From a virus (lineage: Duplodnaviria > Caudoviricetes), in IMG/VR virus record IMGVR_UViG_3300037991_001062, positions 1 through 58,105 of that record: DNA of 58,105 nucleotides, one strand, 5' to 3'. The notes beneath the pieces are model-generated. The model made no database searches. It worked only from the letters and a program-made list of their open reading frames with translations, and was not told the origin of the DNA. Within the stretch, counting starts at the first letter, position 1. The number at the start of each line of letters is the position of its first letter. A program made the position numbers and the translations under genes. This document shows positions 1 through 8,280 of the stretch, piece by piece.

Positions 1-918
1 GAAGGTGTAGTATCTAGTATACCTATGCCACAAGCTTTGGTTGATCGTATCTTTGAATCACTTGACAAAGGTGTAGATTTTCTACCGCTTGTAAAGATGT
101 GGATTAGATTCTTACGTAATCCTATTCTTCGTAAGAAGATGGATAGCTGTGACTGTGAGACAGGTGAGAAGTTTACTGAGAAGTTCTTTAACTTTGTAAA
201 CTTACAGTATGTACACCCTAAACTCAAAGAAGAGTTAATAGAAGTACACGGCTTGAGTGAAGAAGTTGCTGAGAGTAGAGCTACTATGTATCAGATGAAG
301 ATTACTAATGAAGGTTTACTTAATGGCTACAAGGTATCTACTGAGATTATGCATGCATATGACACAGAGACTGGTGAGCAGATAGATCGTTACAAGCGTA
401 CATTCAACCCTGATACAGGTGAGATTGAAGAAGGTGGATTGCCTGAGCATGTAGAAGATAGATTGTTTGAGCCAGCAGTTATGGGTAGTAGCGGTGATGC
501 ATTTTACTGTGAAGGCCCTAACGGATACGCTACCCCAGGACACTTTATCAAAGTTGGCTGTACACACAGATTACCAGATTGGTCTTATGTGAATACAAAC
601 GACAATCAATCTTGTGTTAAAGGTTTACACTTCGGTGGTCTTAAGTACATTGCATACTACACCGGTGAGATCCACAACATCTTTGTTGATCCTATGCATG
701 TTGGTGCAGTACCTGACGATGAGACTGGTGCAATCAGATGTCTACAATATTTTGTACATTCTTCGCTTGCAGGTGTAAATGGTAGTATTTATCATAGCTC
801 TACATATGCAGCTAAGACTGATGCTGAGTGGGAAGAAATGCGCAAAGAAGCAGTTCAAGATTACTCAGATATTAAAGTAGATATTGATCAAGAGATTGCA
901 GAGATAAACTCTCTGTAA
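1..918 (+). CDS. rIIB: rIIB-like protein, 5'-truncated by the window edge
   Basis: Frame 1 is open from base 1 (EGVVSSIP-MPQ...), so the gene starts upstream of the window. The C-terminal motifs SCVKGLHFGGLKY, VDPMHVGAVPDD and IRCLQY match my recollection of the T4 rIIB family (CSxGLH...V.P.D...VP.D...R.C.Y). Confidence 0.7.
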   Translation, partial: EGVVSSIPMPQALVDRIFESLDKGVDFLPLVKMWIRFLRNPILRKKMDSCDCETGEKFTEKFFNFVNLQYVHPKLKEELIEVHGLSEEVAESRATMYQMKITNEGLLNGYKVSTEIMHAYDTETGEQIDRYKRTFNPDTGEIEEGGLPEHVEDRLFEPAVMGSSGDAFYCEGPNGYATPGHFIKVGCTHRLPDWSYVNTNDNQSCVKGLHFGGLKYIAYYTGEIHNIFVDPMHVGAVPDDETGAIRCLQYFVHSSLAGVNGSIYHSSTYAAKTDAEWEEMRKEAVQDYSDIKVDIDQEIAEINSL

Positions 919-937
919 TGTTTGTTTATTCATGATT

Positions 938-968
938 ACTAATGGGGGGCTTCGGTCCCCTTATTAGT
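938..968 (+). terminator. Stem-loop with C(UUCG)G tetraloop, likely terminator or RNA-stability hairpin
   Basis: ACTAATGGGGGGC-TTCG-GTCCCCTTATTAGT lies in the gap between the rIIB-like and exonuclease genes. The stem is G/C-rich and the T-tract is weak. Confidence 0.65.
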
Positions 969-990
969 CTAACCTATTAAATTCTTAAAT

Positions 991-1731
991 ATGAAAACAG
1001 CATTAATAGATGCAGATAGCCTCCTGTATTTTGAAATGGGTAAAGATACCCTAGAAGAGGCAATAGAAGGGTTAAACAATAGAATACAAGAGATAATCAT
1101 ACAAACTGAAAGTGATAACTATATTGGATTTCTAACAAGAGGTAAATGTTTTAGATACAATATAGCAAGAAGTAAGCCATATAAACATAATAGAAAGTAC
1201 GGAAGTAAACCACCTATATACTATGCGCTTGACGCGTACATACAACAAGAACCTTGGAACTTTAGATCTTTTGCAGGTCTAGAGGCTGATGATCTTGTAG
1301 GTATGGCACGACACAGACTAGATGATAATTGTGTTATTTGTAGTCCTGATAAGGATGTACTACAACAACTTCCAGGTAAACATTATAACTATCAAAAAGG
1401 AGAGTTTCATGAAACAACAGATGACCAAGCTCGTGACTTCTTATGGAAGCAAGTTCTTATGGGCGATAGCACTGATGGTATCCCTGGTATTCCTGGATTG
1501 GGCCCTAAAACAGCTGATGCAATTATTGATAATATGCCCAGCGTATTGTCACACCATCAAGTTGTATTGTCTCAATATCTAGCAAAGTTTAGATTAGATG
1601 AAGGTATATCTAGATTTTATGAAACCTTTAAACTTGTGCGCATGCATACTGATATAGACATTGCAAAGCTAGATGTTGGTGATATACCAGATGACCTATT
1701 TGTTCCAACTGAGTTTGAGTTAGCGGTATGA
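991..1731 (+). CDS. 5'-3' exonuclease / flap endonuclease (T7 gp6 / T4 RNase H / PolA 5' nuclease family)
   Basis: Motifs LIDADSLLY, EADDL, SPDKD..Q.PG.HYN and the H3TH segment GDSTDGIPGIPGLGPKTA. Confidence 0.9.
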   Translation: MKTALIDADSLLYFEMGKDTLEEAIEGLNNRIQEIIIQTESDNYIGFLTRGKCFRYNIARSKPYKHNRKYGSKPPIYYALDAYIQQEPWNFRSFAGLEADDLVGMARHRLDDNCVICSPDKDVLQQLPGKHYNYQKGEFHETTDDQARDFLWKQVLMGDSTDGIPGIPGLGPKTADAIIDNMPSVLSHHQVVLSQYLAKFRLDEGISRFYETFKLVRMHTDIDIAKLDVGDIPDDLFVPTEFELAV

Positions 1732-2243
1732 AAGGTCTAGATAAAAATATTGTTAGTAGGAAGAATAAGTCTTCTGTGTTTCTCATGCCTATGCTTGGAG
1801 GGACGCAGAAGCTTTTCTTTTATAACTCATTGTTTATAGATTGTTATTGTTACAAGGAAGGATATGGTGAGTGTATAATTCTTAAGTATATAGATTCAGA
1901 AGATCAATTATTTGAAAAGTTTAAAATAGCTGTTCAAAAATTTAGAATGTATCTTAGTACGTTTTATGATGAGGATGAAGTATATTTTATGTTTGATATT
2001 CCTAGTGTATTTGTAAGTGATTATAATTTATTTAGGAAAGGTAAGTATTCAAAGTTTTCTTTACAGTTAAAGGATAATATACTTAAGTTTCATACAGAAA
2101 ATTATGACTACAGAGCATATGTATCAGAAGTTTTATATAAATCTGAAGACAGAAAAGAAGATATAGAAGACTTCTTAGATACAGTTTTACCTGCAGACTC
2201 TGAACTAGAATCAATACCTAATTTAAAAAAAGAATCAATATGA
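1728..2243 (+). CDS. Hypothetical phage protein (171 aa)
   Basis: ORF overlaps both neighbours by 4 nt (ATGA). No motif recognised. Confidence 0.75.
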   Translation: MKGLDKNIVSRKNKSSVFLMPMLGGTQKLFFYNSLFIDCYCYKEGYGECIILKYIDSEDQLFEKFKIAVQKFRMYLSTFYDEDEVYFMFDIPSVFVSDYNLFRKGKYSKFSLQLKDNILKFHTENYDYRAYVSEVLYKSEDRKEDIEDFLDTVLPADSELESIPNLKKESI

Positions 2244-2956
2244 GTGGAATACAAAAACAAGTGGGGGATTGGTATCCTTTACTTGAACCTATAGTTACCT
2301 CTGACAAGTTTAAACCAATAGCTTCTGAGATAAAAAGATGTAAACAAACATTTACTAAAATTTATCCTGAAACTACAAAAACTTTCAGAGCGTTTAAATT
2401 GTGCCAGCTGGCGGATACACGAGTAGTAATACTTGGACAAGATCCGTATCATGATGGTAGTGCTACCGGACTTGCATTTGCAAATAGTAACAAAGGTAGT
2501 AGGGTAAGTCCTAGCCTTGGATGGATAGTTAAAGCATTAGAGTATGAGTATAATACTGTATGTGTAGATTTTGACTATGATTTAGTAAGTTGGGCTTCGC
2601 AAGGCGTGTTATTACTTAATACAGCCTTGACTGTTGTGAAGGGGTATGCCGGATCTCACACAGAATTGTGGAGACCATTTACTGAGGAATTAATTACAAG
2701 TCTTTCTCTTCACAAAAATAATATTATATTTGTATTGTGGGGTAAAAAAGCACAAGAGTATGCCAGATTTATCAAAGGAGACAATAAAATTATTACTGCG
2801 CCGCATCCTGCTGCGGATGCTTACACTGGGGGCCGCGCTGGCTTTCATACTGCTGGCAGTTTTAGTACAGTTAATAGTTTTCTTGATGATCCAATTACAT
2901 GGAATACATATTGTGGTGAGCCCATACCTAGAGAAATTAATGAAGCACCTTTTTAA
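2240..2956 (+). CDS. ung: Uracil-DNA glycosylase (family 1)
   Basis: VVILGQDPYH, GLAF, WASQGVLLLNTALTV, FVLWG and a His-Pro motif (HPAA in place of HPSP). Confidence 0.93.
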   Translation: MSGIQKQVGDWYPLLEPIVTSDKFKPIASEIKRCKQTFTKIYPETTKTFRAFKLCQLADTRVVILGQDPYHDGSATGLAFANSNKGSRVSPSLGWIVKALEYEYNTVCVDFDYDLVSWASQGVLLLNTALTVVKGYAGSHTELWRPFTEELITSLSLHKNNIIFVLWGKKAQEYARFIKGDNKIITAPHPAADAYTGGRAGFHTAGSFSTVNSFLDDPITWNTYCGEPIPREINEAPF

Positions 2957-3478
2957 ATGAAACAATTAATAAGAATAATAACAGATTGTGGCCACCGAGG
3001 TAAGGTAGGTCATATATATGAAGTGATAGAAAAGAATCCAAGAGATGGATTTAGATTAGTAGTACCTGGTGAAAGTACATATACTTTTTGGTATCCTGCA
3101 GAATGTGTTGAAGAAGTACAGCCCGGTGCATGTACTGTGCCTACTTGGGCAGAAAAGGCAAAAGCTTTTGATGAAATTGCTACCGGACACACATGGAAAG
3201 TCCCTGAGAATGCAGATTTCGCATGGCATCTTGATAAAGTGGCCAAATCCGTTACTGATTTATTGAAGGAAAAGAACGCTGCGTATGGAAATACAGCTTT
3301 AAGTCCACTTGGTATCTTTAGTAAGCTTGGAGCGGCAGAAGCCATCAAAGCAAGGATAGATGATAAGTTAGCACGTATAGCTAACAAGGGATTGAATGAT
3401 GATACTGAGGATACAGCTAGAGATCTAGTTGGATATTTATTACTATTGCTTATGGCAATTGAAAGAAAGGGGGAGTAA
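2957..3478 (+). CDS. DUF1599 / nucleotide-modification-associated domain 1 protein with N-terminal extension
   Basis: C-terminal LLKEKNAAYGN...ARIDDKLARI...EDTARDLVGYLLLL pattern, typical of this all-helical MazG-like family. Confidence 0.75.
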   Translation: MKQLIRIITDCGHRGKVGHIYEVIEKNPRDGFRLVVPGESTYTFWYPAECVEEVQPGACTVPTWAEKAKAFDEIATGHTWKVPENADFAWHLDKVAKSVTDLLKEKNAAYGNTALSPLGIFSKLGAAEAIKARIDDKLARIANKGLNDDTEDTARDLVGYLLLLLMAIERKGE

Positions 3479-3496
3479 CACCCCCCTTTTCTCCCC
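3461..3496. terminator. Bidirectional intrinsic terminator between the convergent gene blocks
   Basis: GAAAGAAAGGGGG-AGTAACA-CCCCCCTTTTCTC inverted repeat at the point where the + block (ends 3478) meets the - block (ends 3507). Confidence 0.8.
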
Positions 3497-3506
3497 TCGT
3501 GCAAAC

Positions 3507-6500
3507 TTACTTCATCAAGCCATACGAATCAAGTTCATACTTGACAGATAAGAATGGCATATTCTTGACAAATTGTTTTTGACCTTTTAGGTCTCCTTTA
3601 GTATTTCTATCATTAGTTAGACCTGCAGCAAAGAACATTATACTAGAATCAAATACATTGTTTATGTGCGTGATAGATGCGAATGGATTCTTAATAGTTC
3701 TAAATATCTCAACCGGGTTGAACCCTTGTAGCATATCATTTCTTAGATAGTTTAATCTTATAGCTAGTCTATCATCTTCAAAGTCTTCTTCATCATACAT
3801 ACCCTGAACTAGTAGTGTACCTAACATATACATTATACCTCTAGCCATTACACCAGCTGCGCCAGCTTTCTCACGCTCACTTAGATTATTAAAAGCTTCT
3901 TTTAGATTAGTTGCATCTTTTAACAGGCTTAGTATTATTCTAGCTCTACCCATATGTTGTGAGGCATGCCACTCCATAACATTAGCTTCAACTGTATCTT
4001 CAATAGTTATAGGGTTACCTTGAGCGTCAACTGTTTTTCTTTTTATTACTACACTATCTTTAATCATATTACCATCTTTAGTACTGTTTTTAAAGTATCC
4101 TAAAAATGTATCATTCTGTTTAGATTGTCCTTCTTGAATAAGTAGTGCAGGTAAATACTTTTTAAACTGTAAGAAGAACTGTCCTATAGCATGGGCCTCC
4201 ATGGCAGACTTCTCGTCTGATCTATATGCACCGTGTATAGTTGTAGAAACTTTTAGCATTTTGTTTAGTTCTTCAGATGTTAGTTCCCCAACTGCAACAG
4301 ATTCTCCAGTTGGTAATTTTTTTACTCCCCTTATATTTGCTTTACCCTTCTTAGTTTCCATAAACGTACCATCAGTATTATAGTTATCGTATAAGCTAGT
4401 ACCATCTTGCATTTTTATTCTACGCATTTGAGCTGCTAGCAAAGCTAAGTGGCCGTGCTCCTCGTGTATAGCGTGGAACTTAAATAGCATATCAAATCTA
4501 GAGTTAGGATTTTTCAATGCAACTAGGTCAGAGTTATCTGTAGCATAGTCATAGTTGTCAGGTAGATATTGGTATCGGTCTGCAATATTATATAGTTTAT
4601 TATTCTTCTTGTTAAATGTTAGTATGTCTTTGTAATACTTAGCTACTTCTGCGTAAGCAAAACCTAAATCACTTAGAGTAAAGTCTATTGAGTCTCTGTC
4701 AACCCCAAGTCTTTTAGCTATACTACCACCTAGTGCTCTGGAAGTATTGAATGCTAATACAATAGCACCGTTAAATGTACCTGCTATAGGTTTTAACCAC
4801 ATTGATTTACCCGTGGTAAAGTTCTTAAGTCCTAGTAGCATTTTATAAAAACTAAATGTCATAGTTTCTTTGCCTCGTATACCTGATGCGCCTTTCTTAT
4901 AAAAAGGATTAGCTACTGTATATTTCTTTTTACTAAATCCTGCTGAATCTATATCTTGCTCACGTAAAACATTTAGTACTATTTGATTATCTAGAAACTT
5001 ATATAGTCCCTCATACTTTTTCTTTTCTCTACCTTTGGTTATAGCTTGTTTATTTGCATAGTAAGATGTTAAAGCATCACCGGCCATTACTACAGAATCC
5101 ATATGAAGCTTTTCTTTCATGTTAGCAAAAAACTTATTATGCATTTGCTCTAAATTAAAAGTATGTTCTTGCGTATTAATATTGAAGTGGCTTCCTAGTC
5201 CTTTTACTCTTACTTGTCTCATCTCATTACCTTCTAACGTTCTGCCAGAGAACTCTTCTTCAAAGAAGAATGTAAGTTGTTTAGTAAAGAACTGTTTAAA
5301 TCTAGTAAAAACACCTTTTGTTAATCTATCTAATCCTCTATAGTCTTCTAGATATTCGTTGTTTTCTTTTTGGAACCTAGGTAAGAATCTTTTATCCAGC
5401 TGTCCCTGATTAGTAACACCCTCTAGATTATCTCTAAACTGCAGAGCTTGTAAGTATGATACGTCTTCCCCTCTCATATTAGTATATGCAGTACGGTTCA
5501 TTGTTTTATTAAATGATGCCTCCCAAGTATTATCTAAATAATCTAGAAGATCGTATTGTGCTTTTGACATCTTACCCGCTTGGTATTCTGCAGTATACTC
5601 TTCTCTACTTTTCTTATAGTATCCCGGAACATATCCTTCATCATCTTTAAATACATATGCAAAACTATATAAATCTCTATAGTCAAACTTAGACCTTAAT
5701 CCAAGTGTTCCTTTAGTAACAATTTGGTTCAATGGATTCTTCTTATCATACTCATCTTTTACAGCCTTGAATAGTTTCTGTGACTTTTGTTTTTCAGAAA
5801 ATATATCATCCTTAACTTTTTGTGATTGCTGTTGATACATAGCAGTAAAGGCTTGTATCTTTTTATTATCTATATTCCACATAGAAGACACTAGTCTTTT
5901 CAAGCTTCCTATCTCTTCATCCTGAGTTATAACTTGTTTATCCTGACTTCTAAATTCTAATACAGTTTTAGTTACAAGGTCTAATTCTCTACGTAACTCA
6001 TTCTCATGTGCATTATCTCTGAACTGACCATTCTCTAATTTAAATGTAAGATCTGTTAAGTGTCGCTCTAGGTGTGCAAGTTTATCTTTTGAATCTAGCT
6101 CTAGCCCAGCTACAGGATCAAGTATTCTTTCAGATGGTATAAAAGTTTTAACATTAAATAGTCCTCTTTCATTTAACTTTCTATATGTATCTTTATCCTC
6201 AGATTTATAGTATGCTTCTAGTACACGTAGTATGTTAGATAGATCTATGTCCTTTGGTAGTTTACCTTGGTTAAACTTATCAAGGTGATGTACTATAATT
6301 TTATTAAATACTGCATCAGGCTGATGTTCTTTTACCATCATAGCTCTTAACACTAACTCTATCTCAGCAGCGGTTTGTCTATTATTAGGTATGTCTACAT
6401 TAGATGCTGCAGCCCACTTAAGTATTCTATTAGTATTTTTTAAGAAACCTTTACCGGTCTTCCAGTCTACCATAATCAAAGAGCCATCTTGTTTTTGTAT

Positions 6501-8279
6501 AAGGCCATCTATCTGTGTAGCTATACCAAGTAAATTACTATGTAGCATAAGCTCTGATGTCATCTTATCACCTGACTCGTATCCTGATAGCCTAACAAAG
6601 AACTCAGCACCTTTCCTAATCCAGTTTAGACTGTTAGCAGGTATAGCTTTTTGGTCAGGCTTTTCTTTCATTATCTCTGCCAACTCTCTATCTAGCCTAG
6701 CATTACCTGTTATGTACTTTTCTATAATCTTGTGTCCAGCTTTACCATATGCTCTGGCGTAGTTATAGTTTCTTTCAAAATGTTTTACTGTTTGATCAAA
6801 GCTAAACTCTTCATTATTTATCTTTACAACATCTTTATCTTTATCTTTATACTTAAACATTGCTTCTGCAGCCGAGGTAGCAGCATCTATGTCTACATTC
6901 TTACCAGTAATTTTTTTACCATAAGATGTAAGTCTTTCGTATGTACCATTGTTACCTACATACTCATTATTTTCTACATCTAAACGTATAGCTTCTTCAC
7001 GTGCAACATCTTGTAAAATCTTTATTGTATCTACTACAGGCTTAACTTCTGCTTGATCATCTAATACCATTTGATAAAGCGCTCCTTCTTCAGCTTCCGC
7101 TACATCAAAGTCCTTAGAGAATGTAACTATATACTCACCTGCACCATACTCAAAGATAGAATTGTTTTTCTCTATCTGTATCATACCAGGATAAGCAGCC
7201 TCTAGTTTACGTAGCGCTTCTAAACTCTCAGCTGTTTTTCTTGCTGAGAACTCAGGTGCTGCAAAGCCTGCATCTTGTACAAAGAATACACCTTTTCTTT
7301 CGTATATTATATCATCCTTTGCCAGCTGAGCTGCAAGTCCATTGACTGAAACAAACTTTCTATCTACTGTAAAGTCAGATATTTCTGTAGCTATCTCATT
7401 ATCCCCGGCTGCTACAATAGTGGCAAGCTCTTTGAGAGATAGGTTCTTAAGTTTTGCAGGATCTAGCCTTTTGTTTCTTAGAGCTCTCTTGAATGCATCA
7501 CCAAATCTTTTGATTAACTCTTTGATTCTAGTGATAAGTTTTTTATTTGGTCTACCTTGCTCGTCTATATTATCAGCTGCATACTCTCCTAACAATTGTG
7601 TAACAACTTCTTTTCTAAAGTCTTCACCTTGTAGATCCGGCTGAGTGTCACGTGTCTGAGCTATAACTCTGTTACCTTCTGGTGAGTTTAGGACATCTCT
7701 ATATAAACTTTCAAAGAACTTTCTGTTTTGATTATAGATAGCTTCTACAAATGGGTGCGCCATCTCATGGAACGCAGTATCTCTTCTAGCATATGCAGCA
7801 TTGATAACAGCAGTACCTGCAACAAACTTACCAGCCCACTTTTTAGATACATCGTTTATCATCTTATACTTGATACCCATTCTGTTACCAAGCTTGTCAA
7901 GCACCATCTTCAAACCTTCTTGACTTATACGTAGATAGTCAGATTTATTCTCAGTCTTACCATTATCTTCAGGGAAGTTAGCTACCTCTAGATCTAGGGC
8001 CTGTATCTTATTGCCGTCTATGTCAGTAAATACAGGAATATTATTCTCTATGTCTAGTTTAGGTTCACCGTCTTCTGTAACTCTAGCGCCCATCATCTCA
8101 GGCGCAGAGATCCAATCACCAAACCTTTCTATAAATCCTATAGAATAGATATTCTTATACGCTTCTTCCGCTATTACAGAGTCAGGCTGCAGGCTAAGCA
8201 TCTTTTGAAAAAGCTTACTCTCAACCCTCTTACCCTTGTTAGGTCCTACCTTTGGAATTCTTGTTATACTACATGCCAT
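3507..8279 (-). CDS. Large polyvalent virion/cargo protein with zincin (HExxH) and PD-(D/E)XK nuclease motifs (1590 aa)
   Basis: N-terminal F...FGDW...DGEP motif seen in large polyvalent proteins. HEMAH at 7755-7769. IDGLIQKQDGSLIMVDWKTG at about 6451-6515. Directly downstream of the virion RNAP gene. Confidence 0.75.
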   Translation of the reverse strand: MACSITRIPKVGPNKGKRVESKLFQKMLSLQPDSVIAEEAYKNIYSIGFIERFGDWISAPEMMGARVTEDGEPKLDIENNIPVFTDIDGNKIQALDLEVANFPEDNGKTENKSDYLRISQEGLKMVLDKLGNRMGIKYKMINDVSKKWAGKFVAGTAVINAAYARRDTAFHEMAHPFVEAIYNQNRKFFESLYRDVLNSPEGNRVIAQTRDTQPDLQGEDFRKEVVTQLLGEYAADNIDEQGRPNKKLITRIKELIKRFGDAFKRALRNKRLDPAKLKNLSLKELATIVAAGDNEIATEISDFTVDRKFVSVNGLAAQLAKDDIIYERKGVFFVQDAGFAAPEFSARKTAESLEALRKLEAAYPGMIQIEKNNSIFEYGAGEYIVTFSKDFDVAEAEEGALYQMVLDDQAEVKPVVDTIKILQDVAREEAIRLDVENNEYVGNNGTYERLTSYGKKITGKNVDIDAATSAAEAMFKYKDKDKDVVKINNEEFSFDQTVKHFERNYNYARAYGKAGHKIIEKYITGNARLDRELAEIMKEKPDQKAIPANSLNWIRKGAEFFVRLSGYESGDKMTSELMLHSNLLGIATQIDGLIQKQDGSLIMVDWKTGKGFLKNTNRILKWAAASNVDIPNNRQTAAEIELVLRAMMVKEHQPDAVFNKIIVHHLDKFNQGKLPKDIDLSNILRVLEAYYKSEDKDTYRKLNERGLFNVKTFIPSERILDPVAGLELDSKDKLAHLERHLTDLTFKLENGQFRDNAHENELRRELDLVTKTVLEFRSQDKQVITQDEEIGSLKRLVSSMWNIDNKKIQAFTAMYQQQSQKVKDDIFSEKQKSQKLFKAVKDEYDKKNPLNQIVTKGTLGLRSKFDYRDLYSFAYVFKDDEGYVPGYYKKSREEYTAEYQAGKMSKAQYDLLDYLDNTWEASFNKTMNRTAYTNMRGEDVSYLQALQFRDNLEGVTNQGQLDKRFLPRFQKENNEYLEDYRGLDRLTKGVFTRFKQFFTKQLTFFFEEEFSGRTLEGNEMRQVRVKGLGSHFNINTQEHTFNLEQMHNKFFANMKEKLHMDSVVMAGDALTSYYANKQAITKGREKKKYEGLYKFLDNQIVLNVLREQDIDSAGFSKKKYTVANPFYKKGASGIRGKETMTFSFYKMLLGLKNFTTGKSMWLKPIAGTFNGAIVLAFNTSRALGGSIAKRLGVDRDSIDFTLSDLGFAYAEVAKYYKDILTFNKKNNKLYNIADRYQYLPDNYDYATDNSDLVALKNPNSRFDMLFKFHAIHEEHGHLALLAAQMRRIKMQDGTSLYDNYNTDGTFMETKKGKANIRGVKKLPTGESVAVGELTSEELNKMLKVSTTIHGAYRSDEKSAMEAHAIGQFFLQFKKYLPALLIQEGQSKQNDTFLGYFKNSTKDGNMIKDSVVIKRKTVDAQGNPITIEDTVEANVMEWHASQHMGRARIILSLLKDATNLKEAFNNLSEREKAGAAGVMARGIMYMLGTLLVQGMYDEEDFEDDRLAIRLNYLRNDMLQGFNPVEIFRTIKNPFASITHINNVFDSSIMFFAAGLTNDRNTKGDLKGQKQFVKNMPFLSVKYELDSYGLMK

Positions 8280-8280
8280 A

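Noticed and set aside
3010-3504. 164-aa minus-strand ORF continuing the late block
   Set aside because: It is antisense to the DUF1599-like gene, runs through the terminator hairpin, and has no recognisable features.
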